DNA from: Antedon mediterranea
Lineage: Eukaryota > Animalia > Echinodermata
Direction of reading: 5' to 3'
Assembly (NCBI RefSeq): GCF_964355755.1
Contig: NC_092671.1
Span: 1,426,001 to 1,490,000, forward strand
Length of the DNA: 64,000 nt
The notes under the pieces were generated by a model, which saw only the letters and a list, made by a program, of their open reading frames with translations, was not told where the DNA came from and searched no databases. This document shows positions 61,356 to 64,000 of this stretch, piece after piece; position 1 is the first letter of the stretch; the number at the start of each line of letters is the position of its first letter. The position numbers and the translations under genes were made by a program.

Positions 61356-64000
61356 AATGTTACCATCATCTTCACCATCATCGTTATTTATCATCTTTTA
61401 CACTTGCGTCAACTTCATTAGAATAGCAACAGAATCAAAATGAGATCATCTGTAAGATTAAAATCGGAAGCCCATATTAAACAGCTTTACAACCTGAAAG
61501 ATAGTAAATGTGTGACTTCCACCTGTCTGTAACCCACACACCTCACCTGGGAACATTCCTATCTTTATTATACCTCAGTAATCATTCATACAAATTCTTT
61601 TATGTTCTTTCTTCTTTCAGGTGTACGATTTAAAAGATCCACACAAGTTGATGTTGCATTGTTTGTTTACTGCCCTGCCTCATTTAACTCAGTATAATAT
61701 GCATGTAGTGACGAAGATGAAACGTAAATAGTGATAGTGCCTCAATTAAAGTTTCATTCATATCTGGACAACAAATAATATTTTGCTTACATTCTCAAAG
61801 TAAAATAATATAGAAGGTAGGATTTGTCACAGATTTTGTATTTTGTGATGTTTTGTATTTGTCCATGTGTGTATGAACAATGTGTAGCTAAATATAGTTT
61901 AAAAGATTACTCCACTGTGGCACTTACTGTAGCGTGCCATATATAATAATTTTATATTGTTTGAAAGATTTGTCCACTATTCCATAGCATCCCATTTATA
62001 ATTTAATATAGTTCATTATAGTATAGATTATTCCATATCATTAATTTGTTTTTAAATAATATCCCATTTATAAATAATAAATTTAATATTTTTTTCAAAC
62101 ATAATATTCCACTATTTCATATAGCACCTCAATTACAATAATTTAATATAATTCCATATTTTCATTAACATTTCATTTATAATAATTTTCATTTATAATA
62201 ATTTTAACATTTATTTAAAGATTATTATTTAAAAAATAATATTTTAGTAGTATTATAATATAAAAATTAAAAAACTTATGCACAAGCAGAATATTAAATA
62301 TAATAATTATAATTTGATTGACATTACAATGTTTGAAATCTTTTTAATATTATCACAAAAAAATATATTATATTCATATTATTCTTTTAGTGTCTGTGTT
62401 AAAAAAACATTATTTTTTAGGTGAAATAATGGATTTATATATTTATTTAGTACCCATCTTATAAGGCGATTTATATAAGCCATACTCAAATGCCAAGTAT
62501 CCAACAAAGATACGCAAACGTATTAGTTTTTATTTTTGGAATGAAAACTAAAACTCCTACGTATGAAACTGAGAGTAGTGAATAATAAGTTGATCTATGA
62601 GAAGCTATCAGGGTGTTTTCAGCCTTGTCATGCAATCTTAACGTAGTAGATCGTTGTTGAAGGAATCGATAGTAGAGTTATAAAAGGTCAAAGGTGAACT
62701 AATGTTTTTACCTTGAATCTCTGAATTAATGTATTATGAAATACAGGTGAATGAGATTATTAGTTTATCATTCAATAGTATACAAATAATGGTGAAAGAT
62801 AAATTCTATTTTCATGATGCGCAGCCTGAGTGAAAATAAACACGATCGTTAAATAGTATGTACTATTGCATGCCATGTGACTTACAATCGTCCAATCAAA
62901 TGACAGGAATTTATTCAGGTGTGCCGAATAATCAGTTAAGTGTACAATATTCATTTCTAATAATTAGCCATGGCAAGTAGTTGCAGTTTTCTGTAAAAGA
63001 TGTAGCTACCTTTTATACAAAAATAATCTATTATCAATGACAATTTTCAGCGAGCCTACAAAACCTAAAGAATCTTAAAAGAGCCGCTTATAGCGTTTGA
63101 CAACATCAATTGCAATAATAGTACATTTTAATCCCAGTAATAATGATAATCACACGTACGCAACATTAGTAATGTTGTAATAATGAACAATGTGATGATG
63201 AAAATGCACTTATACATTTCAATTATCCTACCAATTTTCATAAAAGCTTTCTTCTTTCACCGAAAGCCTTTCTTGCCAATCTTGTTTATTATGGAAAACA
63301 CGTCTTTCAGCTTTTAACATATTAATTTTTACTTCTTATTTATTCTAATTTTCTGATACTGTAGAAAAGTGATTTACCTTATAACTTCTACTCATATTTT
63401 GTGTACCATTCAGGATTTACGGGAAAGGGCTATCATATAATTAAATAAGGAGTAATTTTATTTTAACTATCAAAGGGGAGCGTTAGTCCGAAGCCCACTA
63501 CTGACCTGAATTCTGTCCTGCCAGTGTAATATTCTTTACAGAAAACGTCAGTTTCAAATTTTTTTTCCTTTGTTTTCTTTACTGTACATTATGTTATTAC
63601 TTTTTATGGCGCTTCTCACGTTTCTTTTATTTTCTTCCTTACTATTAATATTAATAATAATAATAAATAATATTAAAAAGAACCGATGGGTGTAGAGAAC
63701 CAAACATTTGAAATGATATGTTTTGAGCCATAATTTCTTTTATTTGTTTCTATTGAAGAAGTAGAAATTAAACTGGTGTTGGTACCTTTCTTTTTTGTAA
63801 GGAATTTTTTGCAAGAAAAACCAAACAAATTTAGTTATAAAACCAAATTTCTTGAGCAAAGAAATGTGTTCATAAGTTTAAAATGGCTAAAAATATAATT
63901 TTATATTGACTTAAGTTTGGTTACTTGGTGATGGAAATTGTCATTGAAATTTAGTCCTTACACAGAGTGGTATATGCTTTCACTCGTTGTATTGCATATT

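Noticed and set aside
61708-61726. TGACGA-agat-GAAACGT hammerhead-like string
   Set aside because: Lacks the core C and any stem II or stem I pairing.

Overview
AT-rich, intron-containing animal genomic DNA from an invertebrate. A deuterostome or echinoderm is likely given the SINE and MITE types, but that is inference. Three protein-coding genes are well supported: (1) a single-coding-exon LRR-only gene (+, 27414-28124); (2) a 9-exon TGF-beta/activin type I receptor of the ALK4/5/7 class (-, 35501-45004); (3) an ASB8 orthologue (+, 48521-52221), head-to-head with the receptor. A probable fourth gene starts on the minus strand near 22-24 kb and runs out of the left edge. The rest is intronic or intergenic DNA rich in MITEs, SINEs, LINE remnants and minisatellites. 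Main surprises: an intact, frame-symmetric Kunitz/BPTI exon between the receptor's ligand-binding domain and its transmembrane helix, together with altered GS-box and L45 motifs; an 86-bp minisatellite that has amplified the ASB8 splice acceptor and start codon 10 times; four 21-29 bp hairpins with exact 7-bp target duplications that resemble P-element excision footprints; and Penelope-type hammerhead ribozyme motifs. All gene models are read by eye from splice signals and reading frame, with no expression data. Family assignments rely on recalled consensus sequences, not searches.
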